Below the pieces are notes generated by a model. The model saw nothing but the letters and a program-made list of their open reading frames with translations, searched no databases and had not been told where the DNA came from. From Anaerolineae bacterium (GTDB lineage: Bacteria > Chloroflexota > Anaerolineae > B4-G1): a stretch of DNA of 56,820 bases. Of this stretch, positions 16,204-25,942 are shown one piece after another; position 1 is the first letter of the stretch; each line of letters begins with the position of its first letter. Location: NCBI GenBank assembly GCA_026418995.1, contig JAOAAG010000416.1:1-56820 (forward strand), read 5' to 3'. Position numbers and translations under genes: made by a program.

Positions 16204-18831
16204 TCAGAAGGAATCCACCAGGCTGCGCACCAACAGGGCGCGGCGTGCGTCCTCAACGGACCATCCCGCTGGCCTGGGGAACGTCACCCGCGCCGAGCGT
16301 CCCGCCGGCAGGTCGAAGTAGTTGTCGCTAAACACGACGTCGGCTCCCTGGAGGGCTAGCCAGACGAAGCGGGCCAACTTCTCCGCCCTGAGCTCTACCT
16401 CAAACTGATGGGCCTTTTCGGTGATCGTATACTGTAGCTCAGGGTCCGGCAGCTCCAGGTGCTTGGTGGGCACAAAGGGCAGCACCCCTGTGCTGACAGG
16501 CAGATGCTCATGCCATAGCTCGTACACCAGCACCACATGACGACGGTTCTCCGGGGTGACCTGGCCGGAGAAATCAAGCGTCTCCACCGACAGCGCACTG
16601 GAGGCCGGGGCCATCACCTCTGTGCTCCCGCTTATGAGCTGCTCCCCCGCTACCGTTTCCAGCGACCAGCGGACTGTTCCCTGCCACCCGGTGGTCAGGT
16701 CGTTAACCAGATAGAGGGAAACCACGGGTTTCCACTCCCCCTGAGGCTGTTGCTGCCCTACGCCCAAAAGGCGCATCACCGTGCCGATGCTCGTAGTCAG
16801 CTCTCCGCTTCCCAGCTCCTGGCCGTCCAATGTTTCCATGGACCAGCGGATGCGGCGCGGCTCATCTTCAGCGGAGACCGTTTCCGCCGGCCTCTCGCAG
16901 CCGGGCCACCACTCCTCGGCCACCAGCAACACCGGGGCGTAGAAGCGCTTTGCCGCGTAGTGGAGCGCTTTCCAGCGACCAAAGTAATCCAGGCTGGCCC
17001 ACGAGGCCACCGGCCAGCAATCATTCAACTGCCAGTAGAGCGTGCCCGAGGTACAGCGACGGTTACGCCTCCAGAACTCGACACCGGTACGCACACATTC
17101 GGCCTGGAGCAACTGAGTGAGGTAAACCAGTGACTCAAAATCACGCGGCATACGGAAGTGATCGGTCATGTAGGTGATGATCTTCCCGTTGCCTGCCTCG
17201 TTACGCTGGTGATGCTCCATAATGTACGAGGTCATATTCCAGTCGCGCTCCTCGGCGTAGGTACGGATCGTCTCCAGCGCCGGAAGCGACTGGAAGCCGA
17301 ATTCGCTCACGAAGCGGGAGCGGTGCTCGCGGTAGGCCCAGAAGGGACGGTTGCCATGCCACACCTCCCAGTTATGCGTATCGCCAGCGCGGACGCTGTT
17401 GGGGTCGGTGAGCGGCCTGTTCGAGGACGGGGAACTGGGCCAGTAGGGGCGGTCCGGGTCTTCAGTGGCGCAAATCTCAGGGAGCAGGTGGTGGAACATC
17501 CGGTCATAGGCTTTTTTGAGCTCTTCCCTTCGTCCTGTACCATCCCAGCCCCAGGCATACCAGCCCCACTCCATCTCATTGTTGCCGCACCACAGGGCCA
17601 GGCTGGCGCGATGGCGCAGGCGACGGATATTCTCTACCGCTTCGGCCCGCACGTTCTCAAAGAAAGCCTCGTCGTCCGGGTAGATGCTGCAGGAGAAGAT
17701 GAAGTCCTGCCAGACGAGGATGCCGTAACGGTCGCACAGGTCATAGAAGCGCTCCTCTTCATAGAACCCGCCGCCCCACACGCGCAGCATATTCATATGA
17801 GCCTCGGCTGCGCTGCGGATGAGGTGCTCCAGGTGATCATCGCTGATGCGGGTAGGGAAGGAGTCAGCGGGGATCCAGTCCGCGCCCTTGGCAAAGATAG
17901 GGACCCCGTTCACCACAAAGGTGAACGAGGTGCCGAACTCGTCCGGTTCCTGACGCAGCTCCAGCGAACGCAGGCCCAGTGTGAACGTGCGCCGGTCACA
18001 TTCCCTGTCCCCTGCGTGGAGCGCTACTTCGACATCATAGAGGGGCTGGGGGCCGTAACCGTTGGGCCACCACAACTGCGGGTGATGCAGACATATCTCC
18101 GCCCTCTCCGACAGGGGAACGGTCGCCTCCAGTGGTGTGCCATCCGGGGCGGTCACACGTAGCTTTAACTCGAGCTCGCATTCCCGCCATTGCTCAGCAT
18201 CCGCCTTAGCGCTGAGGGTGACGCTCCCGTCGCTGTGATGATGTTGCCGCAGATGGACATCGCTCAGGCGGGCGACCGAGTACCCCTCCAGCCGCACTTC
18301 CTTCCAGATACCGATGGTGGGCAGCTTCGGCCCCCAGTCCCACCCGAATTGACACGGCGCCTTGCGCAGGTACGGCCCGCCGGGGATGGAGTGGGACGGG
18401 CTGACCAGCGGTTCCCTGGCCTGCTTCGCGCGTATATAAACCAGCGGCGAGCGAAAGAGGATGTGCAGCTCTTCCTCACCACCGGTCACCAGTGCTGTCA
18501 CATCCCAGCGGTATTGCCGGAACATATTCTCGGCATGGCCCAGGAATGTGCCATTGAAATAGACATCCGCCAGCGTATCGAGGCCATCGCACACCAGAAA
18601 GATACGCTCCTGCGCAGACAGCGCTGGCGTGAGCCGAAAGACGACACGATACTCCCAATCGCGCTCGGCTACCCATTGCACGCGCAGCTCGTTGTCGGCC
18701 ACAAACGGGTCGGGGATGCGCCCCAGGTGCATCAGGTCGGTGTGAACGGAGCCGGGCACCTGCGCCGGCAGCCACTCTCCACTCCCGGACTCGCGAAAAT
18801 AACATTCAGCGGGCTTGATGTAACTCAACAT
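16204..18831 (-). CDS. beta-mannosidase (GH2)
   Basis: Motifs are VPGSVHTDLMHLGRIPDPF and LALWCGNNEMEW (acid/base region). The product is 875 aa. Confidence 0.85.
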   Translation of the reverse strand: MLSYIKPAECYFRESGSGEWLPAQVPGSVHTDLMHLGRIPDPFVADNELRVQWVAERDWEYRVVFRLTPALSAQERIFLVCDGLDTLADVYFNGTFLGHAENMFRQYRWDVTALVTGGEEELHILFRSPLVYIRAKQAREPLVSPSHSIPGGPYLRKAPCQFGWDWGPKLPTIGIWKEVRLEGYSVARLSDVHLRQHHHSDGSVTLSAKADAEQWRECELELKLRVTAPDGTPLEATVPLSERAEICLHHPQLWWPNGYGPQPLYDVEVALHAGDRECDRRTFTLGLRSLELRQEPDEFGTSFTFVVNGVPIFAKGADWIPADSFPTRISDDHLEHLIRSAAEAHMNMLRVWGGGFYEEERFYDLCDRYGILVWQDFIFSCSIYPDDEAFFENVRAEAVENIRRLRHRASLALWCGNNEMEWGWYAWGWDGTGRREELKKAYDRMFHHLLPEICATEDPDRPYWPSSPSSNRPLTDPNSVRAGDTHNWEVWHGNRPFWAYREHRSRFVSEFGFQSLPALETIRTYAEERDWNMTSYIMEHHQRNEAGNGKIITYMTDHFRMPRDFESLVYLTQLLQAECVRTGVEFWRRNRRCTSGTLYWQLNDCWPVASWASLDYFGRWKALHYAAKRFYAPVLLVAEEWWPGCERPAETVSAEDEPRRIRWSMETLDGQELGSGELTTSIGTVMRLLGVGQQQPQGEWKPVVSLYLVNDLTTGWQGTVRWSLETVAGEQLISGSTEVMAPASSALSVETLDFSGQVTPENRRHVVLVYELWHEHLPVSTGVLPFVPTKHLELPDPELQYTITEKAHQFEVELRAEKLARFVWLALQGADVVFSDNYFDLPAGRSARVTFPRPAGWSVEDARRALLVRSLVDSF

Positions 18832-19016
18832 TGTCCCTCCTTGTCTGCTGGGTAATACCCCGGTGCGGGCTTGATGCCGCTCTGGTCAGAACAAGTAACA
18901 TATGATCGCGCGTTCACTCTCCCGCCGGTTGGGGCGCACCTGACAGCCTGCAAATCAACGGGTCGTCCAGTCTGCTCACGGCGATTGCGAGATTACCATC
19001 CGCCAGTCAGACCGAA

Positions 19017-19634
19017 TCAGGGAGCGCTGACGCGCAGGTTGTCGAAGTGTACCTCGACCTCTGTCTCAAAGAAGGCCCCCGCATACAGGGCGATGTCGCC
19101 CCGAGTGTAACTTGCGTCACGGACCTGTGCCACCTGTATGCCGTTGACACTGAACGTCATTTCCGTGCCCCGGCACAGAATTTCCAGCAGGTTGGTGGCC
19201 TGTCCCGTGTGGATGGCCTCGGAGGGTGTCCAATCCTGGCCACTCAGGATGCCCCAATTCTCGCCGTCATGCTTGCTCACCAGGTAGTACCCATCGCCGC
19301 TGATGGAGAAGCGGTAAAAATGTTCGGGGTCTTGCATACGCACCAGCACCCCGTACTCGTTATTATCGGGGCCGGAGACCTGTGAGGCCTCGACAGTGAG
19401 GCGAAAGTCGGAGAATGCCCGCCCGGCCGATGCCCAGGCCAGGCTGTTAGGGGCCTTGATCAGGATGCGCAACACGCCGTTATAATAGGCTACTTCGGCG
19501 GCGGCATCCGATTCGGCCTTCCAGCCACTGGCAGGGTTGGAGAAATCGTCAGACCAGGGGAGGGCCTCCCTGCTCCCGCAGGAGATTGCCAGGAGCAGGG
19601 CCAGAAGTGCAAAAACGGTGTGCGACCTGTTCAT
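19017..19634 (-). CDS. secreted lipoprotein, paralog family member A (beta-sandwich-like, family unknown)
   Basis: A signal peptide with LLLAISCG is present. Family motifs are DDFSNPASGW, EYGVLVR, FYRFSISGDGYY, VNG, GDIAL and HFDNLRV. Confidence 0.75.
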   Translation of the reverse strand: MNRSHTVFALLALLLAISCGSREALPWSDDFSNPASGWKAESDAAAEVAYYNGVLRILIKAPNSLAWASAGRAFSDFRLTVEASQVSGPDNNEYGVLVRMQDPEHFYRFSISGDGYYLVSKHDGENWGILSGQDWTPSEAIHTGQATNLLEILCRGTEMTFSVNGIQVAQVRDASYTRGDIALYAGAFFETEVEVHFDNLRVSAP

Positions 19635-19650
19635 GTGTCCGTTCTCCCCC

Positions 19651-20277
19651 CTATGGCCAGGTCACCCGGAAATTGTCGAATTCCACTCTTATGCTCCCTG
19701 TCGCACCGCTGCCGGCGCCCAGGCCAAATTCGCCTTTGCGGTGGGTCCCGTCAGTGACCTCACCGGCCCGCTCGCCGTTGACGTAGAGGCTCAACTTCTC
19801 TCCCCGACAGACCACCATCAGGCTGTTGATCTCTCCCCCGGTTTTGACGGCCTGGGTGGGGAGCATACCGCCGCCGGTCAGTACCTCGAAGTGGCCATTG
19901 GTGCGCTTGAGAATGGCATAGTAACCGTCCGGGCTAATGGCGAAGTAGTAGAAGTTATCGGCATCCGCGTGGCGGCAGATGACACCGAAATGGCCGTCCC
20001 CCGCTCCGCTCGCCAGACGGACATCGGCCTCTACGATGACATCACCGGCCCGCCTGCCCGGTGTACTCCACGTGAACCAGTGGGGCTTGTGTAGCTCGAT
20101 AAAATATACACCGGCCTGATAACCGCGCTCCAGCCCTTCGTACCGGTCCACATCCCAACCACTGCTGGAGTCCTCAAAGTCGTCCTCGAAGAGCACACCC
20201 CGGCCTCCCGCGCCTGCACAGCCAGCCAGGATGAGTATCCAGATGAGGAGGAAAAGCGGTATGTAACGTCGCTGCAT
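19651..20277 (-). CDS. secreted lipoprotein, paralog family member B
   Basis: The lipobox is ILILAGCAG. Family motifs are DDFEDSSSGW, HFGVICR, FYYFAISPDGYY, VNG and EFDNFRV. The start was trimmed to ATG 20277. Confidence 0.75.
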   Translation of the reverse strand: MQRRYIPLFLLIWILILAGCAGAGGRGVLFEDDFEDSSSGWDVDRYEGLERGYQAGVYFIELHKPHWFTWSTPGRRAGDVIVEADVRLASGAGDGHFGVICRHADADNFYYFAISPDGYYAILKRTNGHFEVLTGGGMLPTQAVKTGGEINSLMVVCRGEKLSLYVNGERAGEVTDGTHRKGEFGLGAGSGATGSIRVEFDNFRVTWP

Positions 20278-20480
20278 CACTGTCAGCTCTCGCCGGGAGA
20301 CGCTTGTTGACACTGGCGGGATTATAACACGGGCGGAGATTTTACGGAAGTATTTCAGGGTGGTATCGTACCTCCCCAATTCTGCTACACTCTCATCCGT
20401 TACGCGGCGCTTGCTCCGCCGTTCTCTGAGGACCTCCGATCACGCCTGCACGACTGGCGGACACCGCGCATTCCCGACAG

Positions 20481-20509
20481 TTGACAAATCGTACCCCTTG
20501 TGCCAAAAT
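20481..20509 (+). promoter_or_regulatory. sigma70-like promoter TTGACA-N17-TGcCAAAAT upstream of purN
   Basis: Read directly from the sequence. It leaves a leader of about 140 nt. Confidence 0.55.
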
Positions 20510-20650
20510 AGCGCAAACAACTGGGGGTGTCCACAAGACGGAGCGCCAGAATCCCGGGGCAGGGGCTGCAAAACAACGGCGGATACCCTGGGATATCTGG
20601 TGGCTCACGGCACCCAACCTGTTGTGAACCATCGCAGGTGGAGGAGCAGA

Positions 20651-21289
20651 ATGGTCCGTATCGCAGTGCTTATCTCCGGCTTCGGTTCCAATCTGGAGGC
20701 CATTCTGGAGGCCGTGGAAACGGGCCGCCTGCCCGGTGTCACAGTGGCAGTGGTGGTGTCCAACCGCGCCGAGGCCTACGGCATCAAGCGGGCCATACGC
20801 CACGGGGTGCCGGTGGTCTACTTCCCACTGGCCCCCTATACGAAAGCCGGGCGTTCCCGCCGCGAGTACGACGCACAGCTTGCCGCTATTCTCCAGGCTT
20901 TCGACGTGGAATGGGTGGTGCAGGCGGGATGGATGCATGTGTTCAGTTCTGCTTTCCTGGATCGCTTCCCCTCGCGGGTAGTCAACCTGCATCCAGCCCT
21001 GCCCGGCCAGTTCCCGGGCACCCACGCCATCGAGCGGGCATACCAGGCGTACCGGCAGGGAGAGATTACTCACACCGGGGTGATGGTGCACCTGGTGCCG
21101 GACGAGGCTGTGGACGCCGGGCCGGTGGTAGCGCAGGAGGTAGTGCCGATATTTCCTGAGGACACCCTGGAGGAGCTGGAAGCGCGTATCCATGCAGTCG
21201 AGCACCGGCTATTAGTGCAGGCCCTGTACGAGCTGTGCTGCGCGAGCTGTGATCAGACTGCGGGCACTTCCGAAGTGGCCGCGACTTGA
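20651..21289 (+). CDS. purN: phosphoribosylglycinamide formyltransferase
   Basis: Motifs are MVRIAVLISGFGSNLEAIL and NLHPALPGQFPG. ATG 20651 lies behind a GGAGGAG RBS. Confidence 0.9.
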   Translation: MVRIAVLISGFGSNLEAILEAVETGRLPGVTVAVVVSNRAEAYGIKRAIRHGVPVVYFPLAPYTKAGRSRREYDAQLAAILQAFDVEWVVQAGWMHVFSSAFLDRFPSRVVNLHPALPGQFPGTHAIERAYQAYRQGEITHTGVMVHLVPDEAVDAGPVVAQEVVPIFPEDTLEELEARIHAVEHRLLVQALYELCCASCDQTAGTSEVAAT

Positions 21290-21319
21290 GTATAATAAAA
21301 GCGGAGGGAGGGAAATCCT

Positions 21320-21790
21320 ATGCCGCGTATTGAGGTATCTATTGATATCGCCGCTGCGCCTGCTGACGTGTTCCGCTTCTGCCACGACGTGACCCGGAGG
21401 GCTGAATGGGACGAGCGGGTCGTCCACGCCGAGCTTATCTCGCCTACCCCTATCCGTCAGGGGAGCCTCCTGCGGATTGACGCCGGGCGCGGGGGACGCT
21501 TTGCGTTCACCTGGGATGCGGAGTACGTCGAATACCAATTCCCTATCGGCTCGACGGTGCGGGTCATTGACGCCGCGCCGAGCAGCCCCTTCCGCACCGG
21601 GAGCGAGAGATGGCAATTCAGCTCGCTCGGCCCGCCTGGCTCCGTCGGGACCCGTTTTACCGTGATCTGGGAGTACCAGTTACGCGGTCTCCTGGAGCGC
21701 ATCGCCGATGCGCTGACCCAGCGTGCCTCGACCAGGCATGCTATCCAGCGCAGCCTGGCTAACCTCAAAGCCATCCTTGAAAGACGCTAA
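21320..21790 (+). CDS. SRPBCC (polyketide cyclase/dehydrase-like) family protein
   Basis: The N-terminus IEVSIDIAAAPADVFRFCHDVTRRAEWD is typical of the family. The product is 156 aa. Confidence 0.7.
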   Translation: MPRIEVSIDIAAAPADVFRFCHDVTRRAEWDERVVHAELISPTPIRQGSLLRIDAGRGGRFAFTWDAEYVEYQFPIGSTVRVIDAAPSSPFRTGSERWQFSSLGPPGSVGTRFTVIWEYQLRGLLERIADALTQRASTRHAIQRSLANLKAILERR

Positions 21791-21807
21791 CCAGAGACGA
21801 TGTCACC

Positions 21808-22779
21808 GTGGCGCTGAGGAAAGTCGCCGGTGTAACCATCCTGACACTCATCTGTCTATTGCTGCGCGTGACTGCCGTCTCCGCGCAGAGCGGAAGCGTA
21901 CATGTGGTGCAGCCTGGGGAGAACCTCTACCGCATCGCGCTGCGCTACGGGGTCACGGTCGAGGCACTGCAGGCGGCTAATAACATCGGCGACGTCAACC
22001 GTATCTATGTGGGGCAGCGGCTGATCATACCGACGGCAGGGAGCAGCGGCGGCAGCAGTGTCGCCTCGGGTGTCCATATCGTTCAGAGAGGTGAGAATCT
22101 GTTTCGCATTGCCCGCCGCTACGGCCTCACGGCACAGGCACTGGCCGCTGCCAACCATATCACCAATCCCAATCGCATCTACGCAGGGCAACGGCTGGTG
22201 ATTCCGGGGCACGGCAGCGCCACTCCGGCGACGCCGATTACGCCACCGTCCGCAGGCAGTTACATCGTGCAACGGGGAGATACTCTCTCGGCCATCGCGC
22301 TGCGGTTCGGCATGTCTATGTGGGCGCTGGCGCGGGCCAATCATATCAGCAATCCCTCGCTGATCTACGTGGGGCAGGTACTGCACATCCCAGGGAGCAG
22401 CGCAGCCCCCTCCCCCCTGGTGGAAGGTGAGCGCTGGATTGATGTCGACCTCAGCGCTCAGTCACTTACCGCCTATCAGGGGAACACACCGGTGCGCAGT
22501 ACCCTGGTTTCCACTGGCCTGCCCTCCACCCCGACACCCACCGGGCGTTACTCCATCTACGCCAAGTACACCTCCACACCGATGAGTGGCCCCGGTTACT
22601 ATTTCCCCAATGTCCCCTACACAATGTACTTCTATCGGGGCTATGCGCTGCATGGCACGTACTGGCACTCCAATTTCGGCCAGCCGATGAGCCACGGTTG
22701 CATCAACCTGCCCACGTCGGAAGCAGAGTGGCTTTTCAACTGGGCCCCCATCGGCACGCTGGTCAACATCCACTATTAG
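21808..22779 (+). CDS. LysM-repeat L,D-transpeptidase (YkuD domain)
   Basis: Three LysM repeats are present (H/YxVQxGExLxxIAxRYG...IYxGQxLxIP). The C-terminus has HGTYWHSNFGQPMSHGCINL. Confidence 0.88.
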   Translation: MALRKVAGVTILTLICLLLRVTAVSAQSGSVHVVQPGENLYRIALRYGVTVEALQAANNIGDVNRIYVGQRLIIPTAGSSGGSSVASGVHIVQRGENLFRIARRYGLTAQALAAANHITNPNRIYAGQRLVIPGHGSATPATPITPPSAGSYIVQRGDTLSAIALRFGMSMWALARANHISNPSLIYVGQVLHIPGSSAAPSPLVEGERWIDVDLSAQSLTAYQGNTPVRSTLVSTGLPSTPTPTGRYSIYAKYTSTPMSGPGYYFPNVPYTMYFYRGYALHGTYWHSNFGQPMSHGCINLPTSEAEWLFNWAPIGTLVNIHY

Positions 22780-22797
22780 CCGTCAGCGAAACCCCGC

Positions 22798-23679
22798 CTA
22801 TTTTGTCGTCTCCACCCTTTGCCACAACTCGGGCAGGGGTCGCCGCAGCAGGACCACGTTCACCAAGATGAGCAGCCACAGGTGCAGGCGGGCGGCGAAA
22901 AGGAGGGCCGTCCAGAGGCATTCGCGGGGCGTGCGGGGATATTGTAGCGCCAGACGGGTACCGCTGGTCACCTCCAGCCAGAACGAGCGCATGCGGAAAG
23001 GGGATTGGCGCACGTAGTCCTGGGCATAGCCACCGGCGGAGCGCACCTTCTGGCGCAGCCACTCCCGGTAAGTGGTCGGGTATTTGACAAAAACCCGTGC
23101 TGCAGGCGCGTAGCGGATGGTATACCCCTGCGCCGCGATGAGGTGGGAGATCACCGCGTCCTCTGCCAGCGCATCCTCCGGCACCCAGGTGACCAGGTGA
23201 CGCCGGAAGGCGAACAGATAGCCTGAACAGACAAGAAACTGGCCGGCCTGATCACGCGCCAGGCGCATCTTGTGCGCACTTTCGGTGAGCAGGTGCGACC
23301 AGTAACCCAGCAGCGTATCGCGCGGATTGAGGCTCACCGGGCAACCGCTCACCGCCCCCACCTGCGGGTCGTCGAAGGGCGCAAGAAGCGGTGTCAGCGC
23401 GTCCCCGGCCACAACCACGTCCCCATCGCTGAGCACCACGATGTCGCCCTGTGCTGCTTTCAGCCCGACGTTTAGCGCGCAGGGCTTGCCTCGCTGAGGA
23501 TCGGCTACGTGCCTGACGAAGGGATAGCGAGAGGTGTAGCGCTTAACCACGGCCGCCGTCGCCGGATCGGGGCACACAACCAGAAGCTCGGCATCGGTGG
23601 GCAACTGGGGCAAGAAAGCCTCAATCGCCCGCCCTATGGTCCCGGCCTCGCGGAAGGCAGTGATGAGGATAGTAAGCAT
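22798..23679 (-). CDS. glycosyltransferase family 2
   Basis: Motifs are ILITAFREAGTIGRAIEAFL and LSDGDVVV (DxD). Confidence 0.8.
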   Translation of the reverse strand: MLTILITAFREAGTIGRAIEAFLPQLPTDAELLVVCPDPATAAVVKRYTSRYPFVRHVADPQRGKPCALNVGLKAAQGDIVVLSDGDVVVAGDALTPLLAPFDDPQVGAVSGCPVSLNPRDTLLGYWSHLLTESAHKMRLARDQAGQFLVCSGYLFAFRRHLVTWVPEDALAEDAVISHLIAAQGYTIRYAPAARVFVKYPTTYREWLRQKVRSAGGYAQDYVRQSPFRMRSFWLEVTSGTRLALQYPRTPRECLWTALLFAARLHLWLLILVNVVLLRRPLPELWQRVETTK

Positions 23680-23806
23680 AAAGATGAACGGCTGTAGTGA
23701 TGACAGGCCATCCAGGCGTTTCCGGGCTCAGGGTATCATATCACCCTGGGGAACGTGGAAGAACCCTGGGCCGCGCCGGGGTGAAGCATCAACAGCGCCG
23801 GTGGGG

Positions 23807-25021
23807 CTACGCCATCTGACGGGCGACCAGTTCGGTGATGTCCAGCACCCGGAGGCGCACCTTCTCGCGCCGGGCGGCGCCGGCAAGCGTGCGCTTGCAT
23901 TGCTGACAGGCCGAAAGGAGCACGCTGGCTCCAGTGGCCTGGGCCTCTGCTATGCGCCGGGCGGCAACGGCCGCCGTTAACTCGGCATCCGCCATCTCCA
24001 CGTCGCCCCCGCCACCGCAGCAGAGCGAGTACTCGTGATGGTGCTCCATCTCCACCAGGGTGACGCCCGGTATGGCGCGGATGACGTTGCGCGGGGCCTC
24101 ATACACGCCACTGGTACGCCCCAGATCGCAGGGGTCATGGTAGGTGACCTTATCCTCAGACGGACGCAGAGCAAGCCGCCCGGCCCGGATGACCTGCTCG
24201 ATCAACTCGGTAATGTGGAGCACCTCGAAGCCCAGCGGCTCGCCCAGCAGGCGGGCGTAATCGTGTTTCCAGGTATGGTAGCAAGAGGGACAACCGGTTA
24301 CCACCTGCCTGGCCCTGCTCCTGCGCACGGCCTCCACATTATGTCGCACAGACTCAAGCGCCGCCTCCCCCATCCCGGCAATGATCAGCGGGAAGCCGCA
24401 ACACCACTCCTCTCCTCCCAGTGTCATAAAGTCTACGCCAGCGCGCTCCAGCACCTGCACGGTGCTCTGAGGCACCGAGTAGGACTGAGGATAAAAGGAG
24501 GAGACACAGCCAACGAAGTAAACCACCTCCGCCTGGGACTTGCCTTTTACCCCCTCCGGCACCTGGGGCAGGTTCTCGCTCCAGATCAACCGTTTCTCAT
24601 TAGGGTCGCCGGAGAGGTTATACTTTGTGGTGATCGTTTCCCGCAGGTGGTCAAGCTGCGCCGGATAGGCGCCTGCGTCTACCAGCGCCTCCCGCATAGC
24701 GATCCAGAGCGAGCGAGTGTTGATATGTACCGGGCAGACGACGCCACACCGCCCGCAGAGGGTGCAATCATACGTGCCGCCTGAATGCTCCTGCAGGGCC
24801 TCGTTGCTCGGCGGTCGGGGGCCGAAGAGGCGTGCCCACAACCCGTACTGCCGATTAAGGAAGCGCCGCACTGCCTCGATCTTGCGTAACGGAGTGATGG
24901 CATCGCGCTCCGGTTTCTCCGCGAAAGTGGGGCACCACTTGATACACTCGCCGCAGCGGGTGCAGGCATCCAGCTCCATCAACTGCATAAAGGTGAAACG
25001 TCTGGTATCAAGCGTGGCCAT
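23807..25021 (-). CDS. DsrK/HdrD-like FeS protein with two CCG domains
   Basis: An N-terminal CTRCGECIKWCP and CTLCGRCGVVCP are present. CCG motifs are EEWCCGFP and SLCCGGGG. Confidence 0.85.
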   Translation of the reverse strand: MATLDTRRFTFMQLMELDACTRCGECIKWCPTFAEKPERDAITPLRKIEAVRRFLNRQYGLWARLFGPRPPSNEALQEHSGGTYDCTLCGRCGVVCPVHINTRSLWIAMREALVDAGAYPAQLDHLRETITTKYNLSGDPNEKRLIWSENLPQVPEGVKGKSQAEVVYFVGCVSSFYPQSYSVPQSTVQVLERAGVDFMTLGGEEWCCGFPLIIAGMGEAALESVRHNVEAVRRSRARQVVTGCPSCYHTWKHDYARLLGEPLGFEVLHITELIEQVIRAGRLALRPSEDKVTYHDPCDLGRTSGVYEAPRNVIRAIPGVTLVEMEHHHEYSLCCGGGGDVEMADAELTAAVAARRIAEAQATGASVLLSACQQCKRTLAGAARREKVRLRVLDITELVARQMA

Positions 25022-25841
25022 ACCTCTCCTCCATTTCGCGGACGATCAGCACAATAGCCCCGGCAATGGCGTGCATAAACTTGGAGAACGGGATGGTGAC
25101 GATGACGACTGAGGTAAGCAGTCCGTGGATGACATACATCCAGTGGGCAAAGCTATCCCAGGCGATGGGCAGTCCCCGCACCAGCGGAGCCAATATCAGG
25201 TAGCCGACGAAGGCAAAATGGGCGGTCGCCGGATTCACATCGCTCGAATTGAGGCGGGCCACCTCAGCCACCCAGCCGGAGAGCAGGATCAGGCCCAGGC
25301 CGATAACCATCCAGGTATCCATCGGGCCGGTACGCAATTGGGGTACACGGGTGAAGTAACGCCGTATCACAAAGAAGATAAATCCCACGCTCATCAACAC
25401 GGCGCCGATCTCGTTGAGCAGAGCTGTGATCGGGTGATCGGGGTTGACCCACATCCCTATCCAGGGCACGTGCTCCAGATGGAAGAAGTGAATGAGCACT
25501 TTATCGCTCAGCGCGGAGATTCCTGAGAGCGTGAACAGGAGCAACAGCCCGCTGAGCAACAGGAAATGATTGAGCCAGCGCCAGAAGCTGTTGCGGTAGA
25601 GACGTCGGTTGAACCAGGCCTCCACAACGAACGTCTTAATCAACAAGGGCAGCCGGGCACTGAAAACCGTCCCCAGCGCTACACGCAATACGGCGCCCAA
25701 CTTGCGCCCGGTGGATTCCCCGCTTCCCCCGACGCTCCCACGCAACCACTGGGAGAAGGAGAACCACATCCCGGCGAGGAACAACACCATCAGGGGCAGG
25801 TGAACAATCCAGAACACCAGCTCGGCTGTCTTTTCATCCAT
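25008..25841 (-). CDS. polytopic membrane protein, NarI/DsrM/HdrE-like putative cytochrome b subunit
   Basis: About 5-6 hydrophobic helices carry conserved His residues (WLNHFLLL, HWMYVIHGLL, KFMHAI). It overlaps the CCG protein gene by 14 nt. Confidence 0.6.
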   Translation of the reverse strand: MDEKTAELVFWIVHLPLMVLFLAGMWFSFSQWLRGSVGGSGESTGRKLGAVLRVALGTVFSARLPLLIKTFVVEAWFNRRLYRNSFWRWLNHFLLLSGLLLLFTLSGISALSDKVLIHFFHLEHVPWIGMWVNPDHPITALLNEIGAVLMSVGFIFFVIRRYFTRVPQLRTGPMDTWMVIGLGLILLSGWVAEVARLNSSDVNPATAHFAFVGYLILAPLVRGLPIAWDSFAHWMYVIHGLLTSVVIVTIPFSKFMHAIAGAIVLIVREMEERYGHA

Positions 25842-25942
25842 CAGGCACCCCCTGTCAATGAAAAACGGGCAACCTCCGGTCAGGCCAGCACAGCCCCAAC
25901 CGACAGATTGCCCATTGCAGTAGGCTCCCGAAGACCCGGTTG

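Noticed and set aside
17158-18162. 334-aa plus-strand ORF
   Set aside because: It is antisense to the GH2 beta-mannosidase.
20510-20650. Possible ZTP (pfl) or purine riboswitch in the 140-nt purN leader
   Set aside because: I looked for the conserved GACUGGCG and CCGCCUGGGC elements. A CACGACTGGCGG lies upstream of the predicted promoter, but there is no CCGCCTGGG partner downstream, and the leader itself has only loose resemblances. A covariance-model scan with Rfam RF01750 would settle it.
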